Virus record (IMG/VR): IMGVR_UViG_3300023108_000014
Coordinates: 15,603 to 79,602 of that record
DNA: 64,000 nucleotides
From: a virus
Direction: 5' to 3' (one strand)
The notes below the pieces were generated by a model. The model made no database searches. It worked only from the letters and a program-made list of their open reading frames with translations, and was not told the origin of the DNA. Positions 1 to 9,589 of the stretch are shown here, piece by piece (positions within the stretch are counted from its first letter, which is position 1; each line of letters opens with the position of its first letter). The position numbers were made by a program, and so were the translations under genes.

Positions 1-171
1 GATCCTAGAATGGACGGATATGTAACTTGGGGATGTAAAAGAGATTTATATGAAGTTTTATTTTTTATACAAAAAGAACTAGACAAATGCGGCGACTATG
101 GTAGTACAGAAGAAGAATATCTTAAGAAACACGACCAGGAGATGATGCTCAAAGCATTAGGTAAACGATGA
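1..171 (+). CDS. Hypothetical protein, 5'-truncated by window edge
   Basis: Frame 1 is open from base 1 to TGA at 169-171, overlapping the next ATG. Confidence 0.5.
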   Translation, partial: DPRMDGYVTWGCKRDLYEVLFFIQKELDKCGDYGSTEEEYLKKHDQEMMLKALGKR

Positions 172-338
172 ATAGAGTAGAAGGTTACGAACAACGTATT
201 GTATATGTAGATGGTGACACTGCAAAGTGTTCTGGTGAAAATAACGATCATCCGCTTACATATTACAAAGTGCCGCACGATGGCTATGTAGTGTGTGGTT
301 ATTGTGACATATTATTTGCTAGAAAAGAAAACGAATGA
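168..338 (+). CDS. zf-CHCC zinc-finger protein (NDUFS6-like), 56 aa, not in ORF track
   Basis: Manual translation MNRVEGYEQRIVYVDGDTAKCSGENNDHPLTYYKVPHDGYVVCGYCDILFARKENE; C-x6-HP-x14-CGYC pattern; ATGA overlaps on both sides. Confidence 0.75.
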   Translation: MNRVEGYEQRIVYVDGDTAKCSGENNDHPLTYYKVPHDGYVVCGYCDILFARKENE

Positions 339-1081
339 AGATAGGAATTGCAGGTTACGGCTTTGTAGGACAAGCACACGAAAGTGTTTTTAGGGAATCG
401 CATACTATTATTATAAGTGACCCTGCTAAACAACACTATGGTGACTTGCGACATGCTGATATGTTGATAATTTGTGTGTCGACTCCAGAAGCAGACGACG
501 GCAGTTGTGATATAAGCAATGTTTTAGATGTGTTACGCAATGCTCCAGACGTACCTATTCTTATTAAAAGCACAATTAGTTTAGAAGGATGGAATACAAT
601 ACAAGAACTGTATCCTGATAAACAAATTAGTTTTTCACCTGAGTTTTTGAGAGCAGCATCGGCACTAGAAGATTTTAAAAAATGTGATACTATTCTTATA
701 GGAGGCAATGGTTATTATGATTGGCAAACTCTTTTCCTAGATGCATTAGGTAATATTAACATTAGAGTGTTAGATGTAGAACAACTTATACTAGTTAAAT
801 ATTTCCGTAATAGTTTTCTTGCTGCAAAAGTTGCATTTTTCAATCAAATATTTGACATGTGTCAAAAGCTTGATATTGATTATGAACCTGTTAGGAAAGA
901 GATTACACATGACGAGCGCATTGGCGAAAGTCATACAAATATTACACAGGATAGGGGGTTCGGAGGACATTGTTTTCCAAAAGATACAGCGGCTATACTT
1001 ACTACTGCAAAATCTGCAGGAGTAGATTTATCGATACTGCAAGAAGCAGTAGATTACAATAACACATTTAGGAATGACTGA
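335..1081 (+). CDS. ugd: UDP-glucose/GDP-mannose dehydrogenase family protein
   Basis: GxGxxG Rossmann start (IAGYGFVG), KST, FSPEFLR, KYFRNSFLA and GFGGHCFPKD catalytic motifs. Confidence 0.9.
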   Translation: MKIGIAGYGFVGQAHESVFRESHTIIISDPAKQHYGDLRHADMLIICVSTPEADDGSCDISNVLDVLRNAPDVPILIKSTISLEGWNTIQELYPDKQISFSPEFLRAASALEDFKKCDTILIGGNGYYDWQTLFLDALGNINIRVLDVEQLILVKYFRNSFLAAKVAFFNQIFDMCQKLDIDYEPVRKEITHDERIGESHTNITQDRGFGGHCFPKDTAAILTTAKSAGVDLSILQEAVDYNNTFRND

Positions 1082-1112
1082 TACAGTCCGGGTTGTTACG
1101 TAATAAACACGC

Positions 1113-1142
1113 AGGGGCCAACGGTAAGCCCCTCTTTCTTTC
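1113..1142 (+). terminator. Probable intrinsic terminator
   Basis: AGGGGC-caacggtaa-GCCCCT followed by CTTTCTTT. Confidence 0.55.
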
Positions 1143-1176
1143 AATATGCTAAATATAATATCAGGGAATTGAACCA

Positions 1177-1437
1177 ATGAGAAAAAGAACAAGAAGCATA
1201 CTTGAAGAACTTAATAATATACATCGCAAAGATAATAGTAACGAGTTTATTCAAACTACGGGTACTAGCATCATTGAAAGTGCAATCAATCTTTTAGGAA
1301 AAATTTACGACACCTATCCACAAGATCAAGCACTTGACTTGGAGCGCAGATTCCTTAATAGTATACGAAATTCTAATCCTAGAAAATTTTCCACAGGAGT
1401 AGAAAAAATCAAGGAGTCACAAAAAAATGATTCTTAA
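1177..1437 (+). CDS. Hypothetical phage protein
   Basis: ORF preceded by a CTAAATA late-type motif and AGGGA. Confidence 0.7.
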   Translation: MRKRTRSILEELNNIHRKDNSNEFIQTTGTSIIESAINLLGKIYDTYPQDQALDLERRFLNSIRNSNPRKFSTGVEKIKESQKNDS

Positions 1438-2224
1438 AGAAGGCGGAAATGTTTTTAAAACAGAAGAAGGTCCGCTCACACAGCGTATTCCTACATCAGC
1501 AGTAAGACCCACTGTTGATGCTATCGAAAAGATTACAGGTTTAGAGTTTGTCGACGACGACTTGTTAGGCACAACAGGTAAGAAAACAGATCCAGATGGC
1601 TCTTTTGAAAAGAACTCATCAGGAGACTTAGATCTAAACACTGACCTAAACAAGATAAGCAAAGACGAGTTAATTGCAAAACTTACTGCATGGTGCAAGA
1701 AGCAAGGTATTCCAGACAATGAAATAATGAATCAAGGTCGTAAGTTTACAAGCGGCTGGATACATAATGCTGGAGACCAAGTACACTTTCGTATGCCTAT
1801 TCAGGGTGGCGAAGGATATGTTCAAACAGACTTTATGTTTACACAAGATCCAGATTTCCAGCGTGGATCAAAGCGTGGAGGCACAGCAGCCTACAGTGGT
1901 AAAGATAGAGCAATACTTTTGTCTAGTATCGCACGAGGCAGAGGATATAAATTTAGTCCAAAGTTTGGCGTAGTTGATCCAGCCCAAGGTGATAAAGTTA
2001 TTGGCAACAATTGGAACGACATTGCAGAATTGCTTCTTGGAAAAGGTGCAACAGAAAAAGATACTCACACTGTTGAAAGTATAATTGCATTCATAAGGAA
2101 AGATCCAAATTTTGACACACTAGTCGGTCCTTGGCTAGATACAATGGAAAAAGAAGGCAAAGGCCTACCTAATGAAAGTTTATCAGATAAACACCTAAAA
2201 AGAATTAAGGAACTTATTCAGTGA
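1427..2224 (+). CDS. Nucleotidyltransferase-fold (pol-beta-like) phage protein
   Basis: LLGTTGKK...SSGDLDL (hG[ST]...DxD) and VQTDFM third acidic residue; AAGGAG RBS. Confidence 0.55.
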   Translation: MILKEGGNVFKTEEGPLTQRIPTSAVRPTVDAIEKITGLEFVDDDLLGTTGKKTDPDGSFEKNSSGDLDLNTDLNKISKDELIAKLTAWCKKQGIPDNEIMNQGRKFTSGWIHNAGDQVHFRMPIQGGEGYVQTDFMFTQDPDFQRGSKRGGTAAYSGKDRAILLSSIARGRGYKFSPKFGVVDPAQGDKVIGNNWNDIAELLLGKGATEKDTHTVESIIAFIRKDPNFDTLVGPWLDTMEKEGKGLPNESLSDKHLKRIKELIQ

Positions 2225-3309
2225 GATATAAAGAGTTTCGTTTAGTAGAAGCACAGCAAGGTAGGGAATATAATCACCTCGAAGATCTTGTGTTTTTTGA
2301 TGGTGCAGCAGGTGCAATGAAAGCTGCTGACACATTAGATCAACTAGGTCAAGGACAAGGCAAAGTTGCTATTAAATGGGACGGCAATCCAACTGTATAT
2401 TTTGGCCGCGAGCCTGACGGTACTTTCGTACTTACTGGTAAAAACGGTTGGGGCAAAAACATGAGTACTGATGCTAATGATTTAGCACAGTTTATTATGA
2501 ACACAGGCAAAGGTGCCGAACAAGAACCATGGAGGAAAGATTTTGCTGCGGAGATGTCAGATCTATTTAAAATTATTGAAGCGGGATTTCCGAAGGACTT
2601 TGAAGGATATGTTTACGGAGACTTGCTCTACACACCAAGAAAGCCGGCAACAAAGGGCAGAGCAGGAATTGAATTTACTCCTAACAAGGTTACTTACAGT
2701 GTAGATCCTAACAGTGAAATTGGTAAACGTATTGCAAATAGTAAAGTAGGCGTTGCATTACATGGCAAATATGATAGTTTTGGTGCAAAAGTAGGACAAC
2801 CTTTAGATGATGTCAAAGGCATACAAACAAATGATCTTGTTGCATTTGCACAAACATATGTGCCACATACACCTAAAGTAGATACAAAAGAAACAAATGA
2901 AATTAGACAAATGGCAAAAGCCAATGCAAAATTTATTGATAGTTTTCTAGAGCCACAACAAGGTTTATCAGATCTTAAAAATATTATCTATACATTTAGT
3001 AACCAAACTGTAAAAGCACAAAAACTAGATCAAATTAATGTAGATGGATTTTTTAATTGGTTGAAAACAAGTAAAGTTAGTCAACCAAAACAAGTAAAGA
3101 TATATGAAAAACACAAGCAAAGTCCTAAAAGTTTACCTGCAATCTTTGCGTTATTGAATAAAGTTGCAGCAGTAAAGAATCATATTATTGATCAATTAGA
3201 TGATGCGCCTGCTGATATTAAACAAATGACTGGTGCTGAAAAGGGCGGCGAAGGATACGTTACTGGTAAAGTTAAATTAGTACCTAGACACCGTTGGAGA
3301 CCTGATTAA
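2221..3309 (+). CDS. Conserved T4-like phage protein (DUF6267-like)
   Basis: HLEDL, KWDGNP, FTPN and GEGYV motifs typical of this myovirus family; N-terminal MRYKEF. Confidence 0.6.
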   Translation: MRYKEFRLVEAQQGREYNHLEDLVFFDGAAGAMKAADTLDQLGQGQGKVAIKWDGNPTVYFGREPDGTFVLTGKNGWGKNMSTDANDLAQFIMNTGKGAEQEPWRKDFAAEMSDLFKIIEAGFPKDFEGYVYGDLLYTPRKPATKGRAGIEFTPNKVTYSVDPNSEIGKRIANSKVGVALHGKYDSFGAKVGQPLDDVKGIQTNDLVAFAQTYVPHTPKVDTKETNEIRQMAKANAKFIDSFLEPQQGLSDLKNIIYTFSNQTVKAQKLDQINVDGFFNWLKTSKVSQPKQVKIYEKHKQSPKSLPAIFALLNKVAAVKNHIIDQLDDAPADIKQMTGAEKGGEGYVTGKVKLVPRHRWRPD

Positions 3310-3418
3310 ACTTCGTTTTTCAGCCATAAACCCCTATAATTTTTCCTAAATGGTAAATACAATATAAGAGTTCCACTGAGCGTGGGACAGCCATAGAGTA
3401 AATTTTAAGGAGATTAAA

Positions 3419-3802
3419 ATGGCAGACGTATATTCAGTATCAGTTGGCTCAACAACAGTTGGCGCTAACGCAAGAACAACAGAAGTTGGTTTCGACCACG
3501 GCACACCAGCACTAGGTTTTTACAAAATCACACTAACAGGTATCGAAACTTCATACACAGCAGCAAACAGCACATTTCATAAAGCAATTGCAGCACTAGA
3601 AGGTTTTGCAGAACTATATGGTGTAGGTACACCAGCATCAAGCAACGTTGTGTTTGTATGCAACGACAACTCAGCAAACGACGGTTCAACAGCAGGTGCT
3701 GCTGACGGTTCATGGGGTGCAGCAGAAGCAGCAATTGATGACGCAACAGGCGGAACATCAACAATCGCAGCAATCACAGCATCAGGTGCTTCTATCGCTT
3801 AA
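3419..3802 (+). CDS. Ala/Thr/Ser-rich small virion protein (putative)
   Basis: Strong AAGGAG RBS, TAAATA motif, 5' hairpin, strongly biased codons, terminator downstream. Confidence 0.6.
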   Translation: MADVYSVSVGSTTVGANARTTEVGFDHGTPALGFYKITLTGIETSYTAANSTFHKAIAALEGFAELYGVGTPASSNVVFVCNDNSANDGSTAGAADGSWGAAEAAIDDATGGTSTIAAITASGASIA

Positions 3803-3822
3803 TAAGCACAATAGGGCTAACC

Positions 3823-3854
3823 AGAGGGTTCACAATTTTGTGGACCCTTTTTTT
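3823..3854 (+). terminator. Intrinsic terminator
   Basis: AGGGTTCACA/TGTGGACCCT stem plus T-run. Confidence 0.85.
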
Positions 3855-3871
3855 ATGGAATAAGTATTAAC

Positions 3872-4258
3872 ATGAGATGTAGTTTATATACCCTTGTTGA
3901 TATAACTAGAACAGATGCACGTAAGGGCGATGATCCTTACGAATATAAGCAACAGCAAAATTATCTTACAGTAATTCAAACAGCAAGTTTAAGAGCAAAT
4001 GCCATCGTAAACGATGAACCTACTGTATCAGAAATAGAAACAGACAACCTAGACTTTGGAAAAAATGTAAAAGGTATGCATAGGGTATGGCAAGTGGAAT
4101 TTGAATATGAAAATGAATTTCCATTAGATGATTTAATCAACGATTTTGATTTAGTTCCAATAATAACTGATTTAGAAGAAACTAATAATTTCACGGTTTC
4201 TGCATTTTTGACTAATGGAAGTGCAGATAGAAATACTTTTGTTGTAAGAGATAAATAA
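3872..4258 (+). CDS. Hypothetical phage protein
   Basis: ORF; TAAGTA-N5-ATG. Confidence 0.7.
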   Translation: MRCSLYTLVDITRTDARKGDDPYEYKQQQNYLTVIQTASLRANAIVNDEPTVSEIETDNLDFGKNVKGMHRVWQVEFEYENEFPLDDLINDFDLVPIITDLEETNNFTVSAFLTNGSADRNTFVVRDK

Positions 4259-4331
4259 TATTAGTGTGAAACACTTAGGCATCTACACAATTAAGGCCAA
4301 CTTCGAGTTTACTTATAAGGAATAAAAAAGG

Positions 4332-4571
4332 ATGTCAACTCTCGCATCAACATCATTAGAAAAAGAATCATTAGAAGCACATGTTGATCTGTGCGCCCTC
4401 CGCTACGAGCAAATGGATAAAAGATTAACTACTGTTGAAAACAAACTAGATGACATTTCAGATCAAATGCAAGCAGGACAAAATAGTTTAACCAAAGTTA
4501 TTATCGGTGCAGCAGGAACTATTGTAGCAGGATTACTATCCACAATTGTCGTAATTATAATGCAATTATAG
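4332..4571 (+). CDS. Small coiled-coil protein with C-terminal transmembrane helix
   Basis: SLEAHVDLCALRY, heptad region, hydrophobic C-terminus. Confidence 0.7.
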   Translation: MSTLASTSLEKESLEAHVDLCALRYEQMDKRLTTVENKLDDISDQMQAGQNSLTKVIIGAAGTIVAGLLSTIVVIIMQL

Positions 4572-4583
4572 CATAAATACTAC

Positions 4584-5363
4584 ATGTTAGTAAGAGACCT
4601 CATATCAGAAAAACAAAAAATAGATGAAGTAGCAATTGCTATTCCGTTGGCTCCTATTCTAAATCAACTTTTAATAGCAGGCGGCACTGCTCTTGCAGCA
4701 TATATTACTAGCAAAGCACTTGAGCAGGCAGAAATAAAATTTCCTGATATTGATTTAGATTTTCAAAAAGATATAGAACAAAATATTGATATTCCTACAG
4801 GAATGACTTTACCTAGACAACAATATGATATTCCAGCAGAAGAAATTCAAGCCTATCTAGATAGTAGATCACCTAAAGAACCAAAAAGTCCTAAAGGTTT
4901 AGGTAGAACCTTACGCAGAGCAGGAGATATTATTGAAGATGTTATTGAATGGTTAATAGCCCTTGTCGGATTAAGAGCATTTAAAATACTTGTAGGTTTA
5001 GGTTTAGGACTTTTGGCTATCTACACAATGTACAAAATGAGCAGATGGATTTATGATTGGATTAAATCTGATAAGGGACAAGAAGAACTAGAAAAAGCAA
5101 AAGAAGAATCGCTTGATGAAAAGCAGGTATGGGGACGTACTGGTAAAAGAGTTGTCCGCAAGTATAGATGCTCTGGGGGCAGAAGACACGGCAGGATTGT
5201 TAGCAAAATGAGTCAATGTTTTGCACCACTCAACTTTAAACAAAGTGCAAGATTCAAAAGACTAAAAAAGGCAATTGGTGCAAAAATGACACGTAAAGCA
5301 AAAAGAACCAAGCGTGTCAACCCTGCAAGTAGAAGATTAAAACAGTTGAATAAAAGAAGATGA
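4584..5363 (+). CDS. Putative head-associated protein with hydrophobic segments and basic C-terminal domain
   Basis: C-terminal YRCSGGRRHGRIV...C plus K/R-rich tail, paralogous to the next ORF. Confidence 0.6.
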   Translation: MLVRDLISEKQKIDEVAIAIPLAPILNQLLIAGGTALAAYITSKALEQAEIKFPDIDLDFQKDIEQNIDIPTGMTLPRQQYDIPAEEIQAYLDSRSPKEPKSPKGLGRTLRRAGDIIEDVIEWLIALVGLRAFKILVGLGLGLLAIYTMYKMSRWIYDWIKSDKGQEELEKAKEESLDEKQVWGRTGKRVVRKYRCSGGRRHGRIVSKMSQCFAPLNFKQSARFKRLKKAIGAKMTRKAKRTKRVNPASRRLKQLNKRR

Positions 5364-5680
5364 TAGTAGCAGAAGTCATAGACATAGGTGAAAACTTTCG
5401 TGCTACTTGGGGACGTGGTCCTAAAGGCACAATGGTAAGGCGTTATAGATGTACAAGTGGCCCCAAGCGTGGTCGAGTAGTTGCTAAAGCTAGCACTTGT
5501 TCAACACCAATAAGTGGTAAAAAGAGCATTACTGCAAAGAAGACTAGACGCACACGGGCACGTAGTCAAAGTATTAGACGTTATCACACAGTCAGACGTC
5601 CTACTGCAAATAAGATAACGAGGTTAAATAAGTTACGTCCAAAGTATAGAAAAGGACTTAAAACAAAGAGAAGAAGATGA
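5360..5680 (+). CDS. Highly basic small protein (putative DNA-binding head protein)
   Basis: YRCTSGPKRGRVV...C; very R/K-rich. Confidence 0.65.
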   Translation: MIVAEVIDIGENFRATWGRGPKGTMVRRYRCTSGPKRGRVVAKASTCSTPISGKKSITAKKTRRTRARSQSIRRYHTVRRPTANKITRLNKLRPKYRKGLKTKRRR

Positions 5681-6105
5681 GAGCAGAAGAGTTTATAAAA
5701 GAAGAAGAACAATTAGACGAAATTCTGCCTCTATTGGCAGTTCCACTAGCAGTAGGTGCAGCAAAAGCAGTAGGAGGCGCAGCAAGCGCAGTGGGCGGTA
5801 TTGGAAAAGCAGTAGGCGGCCTAGCAAAAGGTGTAGGCGCAGCAGCACAGGGCGTCGGAAAAGCAGTTGGAGCAACTGGAACAGCAGCAGCATCAGCAAT
5901 AGATGCTGCAAAGGATAAATTACTACAACCAGGTAAATCAGTGAAATTACCAACAGGGCAAGCAGGTGGCCCTACAGAGTTTAAAGTAAAAGCAGTCAAA
6001 GGTGACGAAGTAGAATTAGAAAATCCAGAGGGTACAAAGTCACCATCACAACCTAATAGTGTAACATATAAAAAAGCAGATGTTAAGAGATCAATTTCAG
6101 TATGA
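5677..6105 (+). CDS. Gly/Ala-repeat protein (putative virion protein)
   Basis: KAVGG-type repeats; N-terminal MRAEEF. Confidence 0.65.
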   Translation: MRAEEFIKEEEQLDEILPLLAVPLAVGAAKAVGGAASAVGGIGKAVGGLAKGVGAAAQGVGKAVGATGTAAASAIDAAKDKLLQPGKSVKLPTGQAGGPTEFKVKAVKGDEVELENPEGTKSPSQPNSVTYKKADVKRSISV

Positions 6106-6323
6106 AGATGAACGACCTTATAACAGACTTTGATATTTTTGTCACAAATGAAGAACAAAATCTTCTTGACAAAATCAATAGTCCTTGTTATATTGATAAC
6201 TTAACAGAACGAGAAAGATTCGTTGCTGAAAATCTAGTTAAGAAAAGTCTCTTAACAAGAGTTAATTATAAAGGTATGATGGTGGTAAAACCAAATGAAA
6301 ACTCTGGCCCAAGCACTCACTGA
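6102..6323 (+). CDS. Hypothetical protein
   Basis: ATGA-coupled ORF within the operon. Confidence 0.65.
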   Translation: MKMNDLITDFDIFVTNEEQNLLDKINSPCYIDNLTERERFVAENLVKKSLLTRVNYKGMMVVKPNENSGPSTH

Positions 6324-6726
6324 ACTTCAAGAAATTGTTGATAAAAAGACAAAGGAAGTAGTCGCACCTTATAAAAAAGGCGACAAAATTCGTGTAGGTC
6401 ACTATATGATGCGTCCTAGTAGGCGTCATGGACATGTGATAATTGATACACGTAAAAACACAACTGTAGATGTTGTATTTTCTAAAATTGCAGGTATTGC
6501 ATTATCTTATGCACATTTAAACAAATCGCAAACATATACTATTAAACAACAAGATAGTATTATAGAAAAGTTTACCAACGATTGCTGTTTTTATGATGCG
6601 GTTATTGCATCTACCGAAAATGATGACAAACGTAATAATTTAGAAATCAGAAGAGACGATGCACAGGATAGAATTGACCAAGCAACAAGACTTCTAGATC
6701 AAGTAATATTATCACAAATTAGATAA
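6295..6726 (+). CDS. Hypothetical protein
   Basis: Overlapping ORF within the operon. Confidence 0.65.
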   Translation: MKTLAQALTELQEIVDKKTKEVVAPYKKGDKIRVGHYMMRPSRRHGHVIIDTRKNTTVDVVFSKIAGIALSYAHLNKSQTYTIKQQDSIIEKFTNDCCFYDAVIASTENDDKRNNLEIRRDDAQDRIDQATRLLDQVILSQIR

Positions 6727-6758
6727 ATAACTATAACAAACCCATTAGGAAGAGAATA

Positions 6759-7568
6759 ATGCAGATAAAAGAGTTCGCTACACCTATCACAGCAAAAAGT
6801 TTAAACGAGTCTCTAGGAAAGAGATTTGGTAAAAAAATTAATCTAGAGCAATTTACTTTAGAACAACTACAGGATGTTCGTAACAGAATCCGTACAAAAC
6901 TATCACAAGTTGAAATGAGTGAAAGTTTTAGTAAAGTTATCGAAAGTGATGAATACCAAAAATCAAGAATGATGCTTGATGTTCTAAATGCAGAATTATC
7001 AGAGCGTGGTGACATTGAAGAAATGGAAGAAGCAGTAGCAGTTACTGAAGGTGCAGAAGACGAAGCAGAACTAGTAATGGCAGCCAAAGACATGGTTGAT
7101 AGAGTTACAGGTTGGATGGAAGACACAGCAGAGATGCAGTCAGAATCAATGCTAGAACTTGCAGATGCAATTCGTGATGAAATGGGTACAGAAGCAGCAG
7201 AAACCTTTACACAAACAGTTAAGCCAGCACTGGATGAATTGTATGGTGCATTAGAGTCAACTCGTGCTGCATTGACAGGTGGTGTTGGTCAACTTACAGG
7301 TGAAGCAGAACCAACTGACATGATGGGCGATGACGACATGGACATGGAACCAGAAATGGAACCAACAGCAGACATGGACGACATGCCAGACTTAGATGGT
7401 GATGCAGAAGGTTCAGACGATCAGTTCGGAGCAGACGCAGCAGCAGCAGGCGGTGAAGAAGACGCAGGTCGTGAAAAGCGTGAAAGCATTGAACGCATTA
7501 CTAAAAAAGTAAAAAAAGAATCTGTTAATCCACGTAAAATTGCTCAAACACTTTCAAAAAAAAAGTAA
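6759..7568 (+). CDS. Acidic coiled-coil protein, putative prohead core/scaffold-like
   Basis: E/D/M-rich, biased codons, late motif upstream; ends in A_AAA_AAG_TAA. Confidence 0.6.
   Translation: MQIKEFATPITAKSLNESLGKRFGKKINLEQFTLEQLQDVRNRIRTKLSQVEMSESFSKVIESDEYQKSRMMLDVLNAELSERGDIEEMEEAVAVTEGAEDEAELVMAAKDMVDRVTGWMEDTAEMQSESMLELADAIRDEMGTEAAETFTQTVKPALDELYGALESTRAALTGGVGQLTGEAEPTDMMGDDDMDMEPEMEPTADMDDMPDLDGDAEGSDDQFGADAAAAGGEEDAGREKRESIERITKKVKKESVNPRKIAQTLSKKK
7559..7565 (+). other. Candidate -1 ribosomal frameshift site A_AAA_AAG
   Basis: Last two sense codons of ORF 6759; the -1 frame reads straight into ORF 7592. Confidence 0.55.
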
Positions 7569-7591
7569 GTGAAAATATTGACACTGGTAAC

Positions 7592-7885
7592 ATGTATCGT
7601 GTGATTAATATCTTACGAGATAAAGATGTGTCACAAATTAGTATTTCACAAATGGATCGTTTGATGCGCAATGCAGGCGAGACTCAATTCAACGGTGATG
7701 TTCTTATGAGGGCAATGAAAGAAGATCCTAGAATTGATGATGCTATAAAAAATGTAGATCCTAGTAGGGACATTATTGAATTCAAAACAAGTGAAACAGA
7801 TGATTTACCGCAAAAGAAGCGTAAAGAAAAAGACACTGTTTCTAAAATGGCAAAGAGGGCAACAAAGGTAGGCGACTTTGATTAA
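7592..7885 (+). CDS. Hypothetical protein, possibly the frameshifted extension of ORF 6759
   Basis: Frame open from 7538; no clear SD before ATG 7592. Confidence 0.6.
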   Translation: MYRVINILRDKDVSQISISQMDRLMRNAGETQFNGDVLMRAMKEDPRIDDAIKNVDPSRDIIEFKTSETDDLPQKKRKEKDTVSKMAKRATKVGDFD

Positions 7886-8850
7886 TGCTCCAGTTCAAAA
7901 GTAGTGTAGTAGATTTAGAAATACTACAATATTCAGATGGTAATTTTGAATTAGAAGTCCAAGATGATAAAATCTATTGGAATGCAACTAGAGAAGTTTA
8001 TGACATAGACTTCAATAAATTTGCATCCTTAGCAAAAGAAAAATACCCAAAATATAAAAATATTTTGATTGTTAATTCTTGGTATCATCCTTTGCATCCT
8101 TGTGGAAAAAAGTCTACTGATTTTTCACTATGGGATGAAGTAAGAATAATTCCTGCTTGTTTGATGTATGTTTATGATTATAATGGTAAGCCAGCACCAT
8201 ACTCTTATGGACATAAAAAGTTTTTATTTTTAATGGGTAAAGTTTGGAAAGACAATAGATATCCTGTTGCACGCCAATTACATGAAAATTGTTTACTTCA
8301 AGGTAATCTTTGGAGTTTCAATGGCGAACATTTAGATGCTCCTCCAGAATTTAAAGTTGATAAAAAATTTTTTAGATTTGCAGATAAAACTGCTCCTATA
8401 AGAGATATGAAGAAAGCGTTTGACAAAAACGGTAGTTTTAGTTCTATGGGTAGGAGAAATAAAAAATTATATAAACAAACTGATTTTGAAATAGTTGCAG
8501 AAACGTGGTGTCATTCTGTTCCTATCATAACAGAAAAAACATGGTGGCCAATTGCTAATCGTAGTCCGTTTGTTTTAATTGCCGGCAACGGCTCAAATGA
8601 GTTGTTAGAAAGTTTAGGATTTAAAACATTTGAAAAATACTTGCCATATCCTTATATAACATTTGCAAGTAATATGGATAAAATTATTGAAAGAATCAAA
8701 TTTGCAAAAGAATTATTTGCCACACAAGATTTTACTGATATAGTAAATCATAATTACAATCTTTTTGTTAGTTTAGCAAAAAGACATCAATCGTTATTCA
8801 AGGATCGTCCTATCAAAGAAATTGTTACTTTATATCATGCAACAGAATAA
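7885..8850 (+). CDS. Glycosyltransferase-like accessory protein
   Basis: FLFLMGK...R, EIVAET, ITEKTWWPI...PF...G...LESLGFKTF signature. Confidence 0.55.
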   Translation: MLQFKSSVVDLEILQYSDGNFELEVQDDKIYWNATREVYDIDFNKFASLAKEKYPKYKNILIVNSWYHPLHPCGKKSTDFSLWDEVRIIPACLMYVYDYNGKPAPYSYGHKKFLFLMGKVWKDNRYPVARQLHENCLLQGNLWSFNGEHLDAPPEFKVDKKFFRFADKTAPIRDMKKAFDKNGSFSSMGRRNKKLYKQTDFEIVAETWCHSVPIITEKTWWPIANRSPFVLIAGNGSNELLESLGFKTFEKYLPYPYITFASNMDKIIERIKFAKELFATQDFTDIVNHNYNLFVSLAKRHQSLFKDRPIKEIVTLYHATE

Positions 8851-8887
8851 TATTGACTAATCTACTATTATATGTTATAAAAATGTT

Positions 8888-9568
8888 ATGTCCTTAATAT
8901 TAGAAAAATACAAATACAATAAACTAAAACGAGTAGAAGTAAATGGCAAGCGCAGGTACGAAACCCCAGGCGGACCACCGGTAGCAAGTGTCACAACTAT
9001 TCTAGGCGAAACCAAAGATAAAACACATCTTATTGCTTGGAAGAGGCGTGTAGGTGAAAAGAAAGCACAAGAGATAGTTACAGAAGCAGCAGGTGTTGGT
9101 ACCCGTATGCACAAGTATCTTGAAGATTATATTGACACAGGCGAATGGCCTAGTGCAGGCAGCAATCCATATGCACAACAAGCACACATGATGGCAACTA
9201 CAATTAAAGTACATGCAATGGATGATGTAGATGAAATATGGGGTAGCGAAGTTCCGCTTTATGTGCCACAAATGTATGCAGGTACAACTGACCTTGTAGG
9301 TGTATACAAAGGCAATCCATGTATAATGGACTTCAAGCAAACTAATAAACCTAAGAAACTAGAATGGGTTGAAGATTATTTCCTACAACTTACTGCCTAC
9401 GCTATTGCACATAACGAAGTGCATGGCACAGACATACGTGAAGGACATATCTTTATGTGCAGTCGTGCAGGAGAGTATCAACAGTTTGATTTATGGCCAG
9501 ATGAGTTTGCAGAATGGGAACAAGAATGGTGGAACAGAGTTTATGCATATTACGAAAAACACGCATAA
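8888..9568 (+). CDS. PD-(D/E)xK exonuclease (phage Exo/Cas4-like)
   Basis: SVTTIL, GTRMH, E...YAGTTDL...IMDFKQ and QLTAYA motifs. Confidence 0.85.
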   Translation: MSLILEKYKYNKLKRVEVNGKRRYETPGGPPVASVTTILGETKDKTHLIAWKRRVGEKKAQEIVTEAAGVGTRMHKYLEDYIDTGEWPSAGSNPYAQQAHMMATTIKVHAMDDVDEIWGSEVPLYVPQMYAGTTDLVGVYKGNPCIMDFKQTNKPKKLEWVEDYFLQLTAYAIAHNEVHGTDIREGHIFMCSRAGEYQQFDLWPDEFAEWEQEWWNRVYAYYEKHA

Positions 9569-9589
9569 ATACGATACAAGGAGAAAATC

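Noticed and set aside
1076-1112. Small hairpins before the terminator as a possible ncRNA
   Set aside because: Stems are weak and AT-rich with no recognisable motif; only the terminator was kept.
5740-5900. Repeated GCAGTAGG/AAAGCAGT units as a possible CRISPR or DNA repeat
   Set aside because: They are degenerate and explained by KAVGG protein repeats. No CRISPR array with constant repeats and spacers was seen anywhere in the window.
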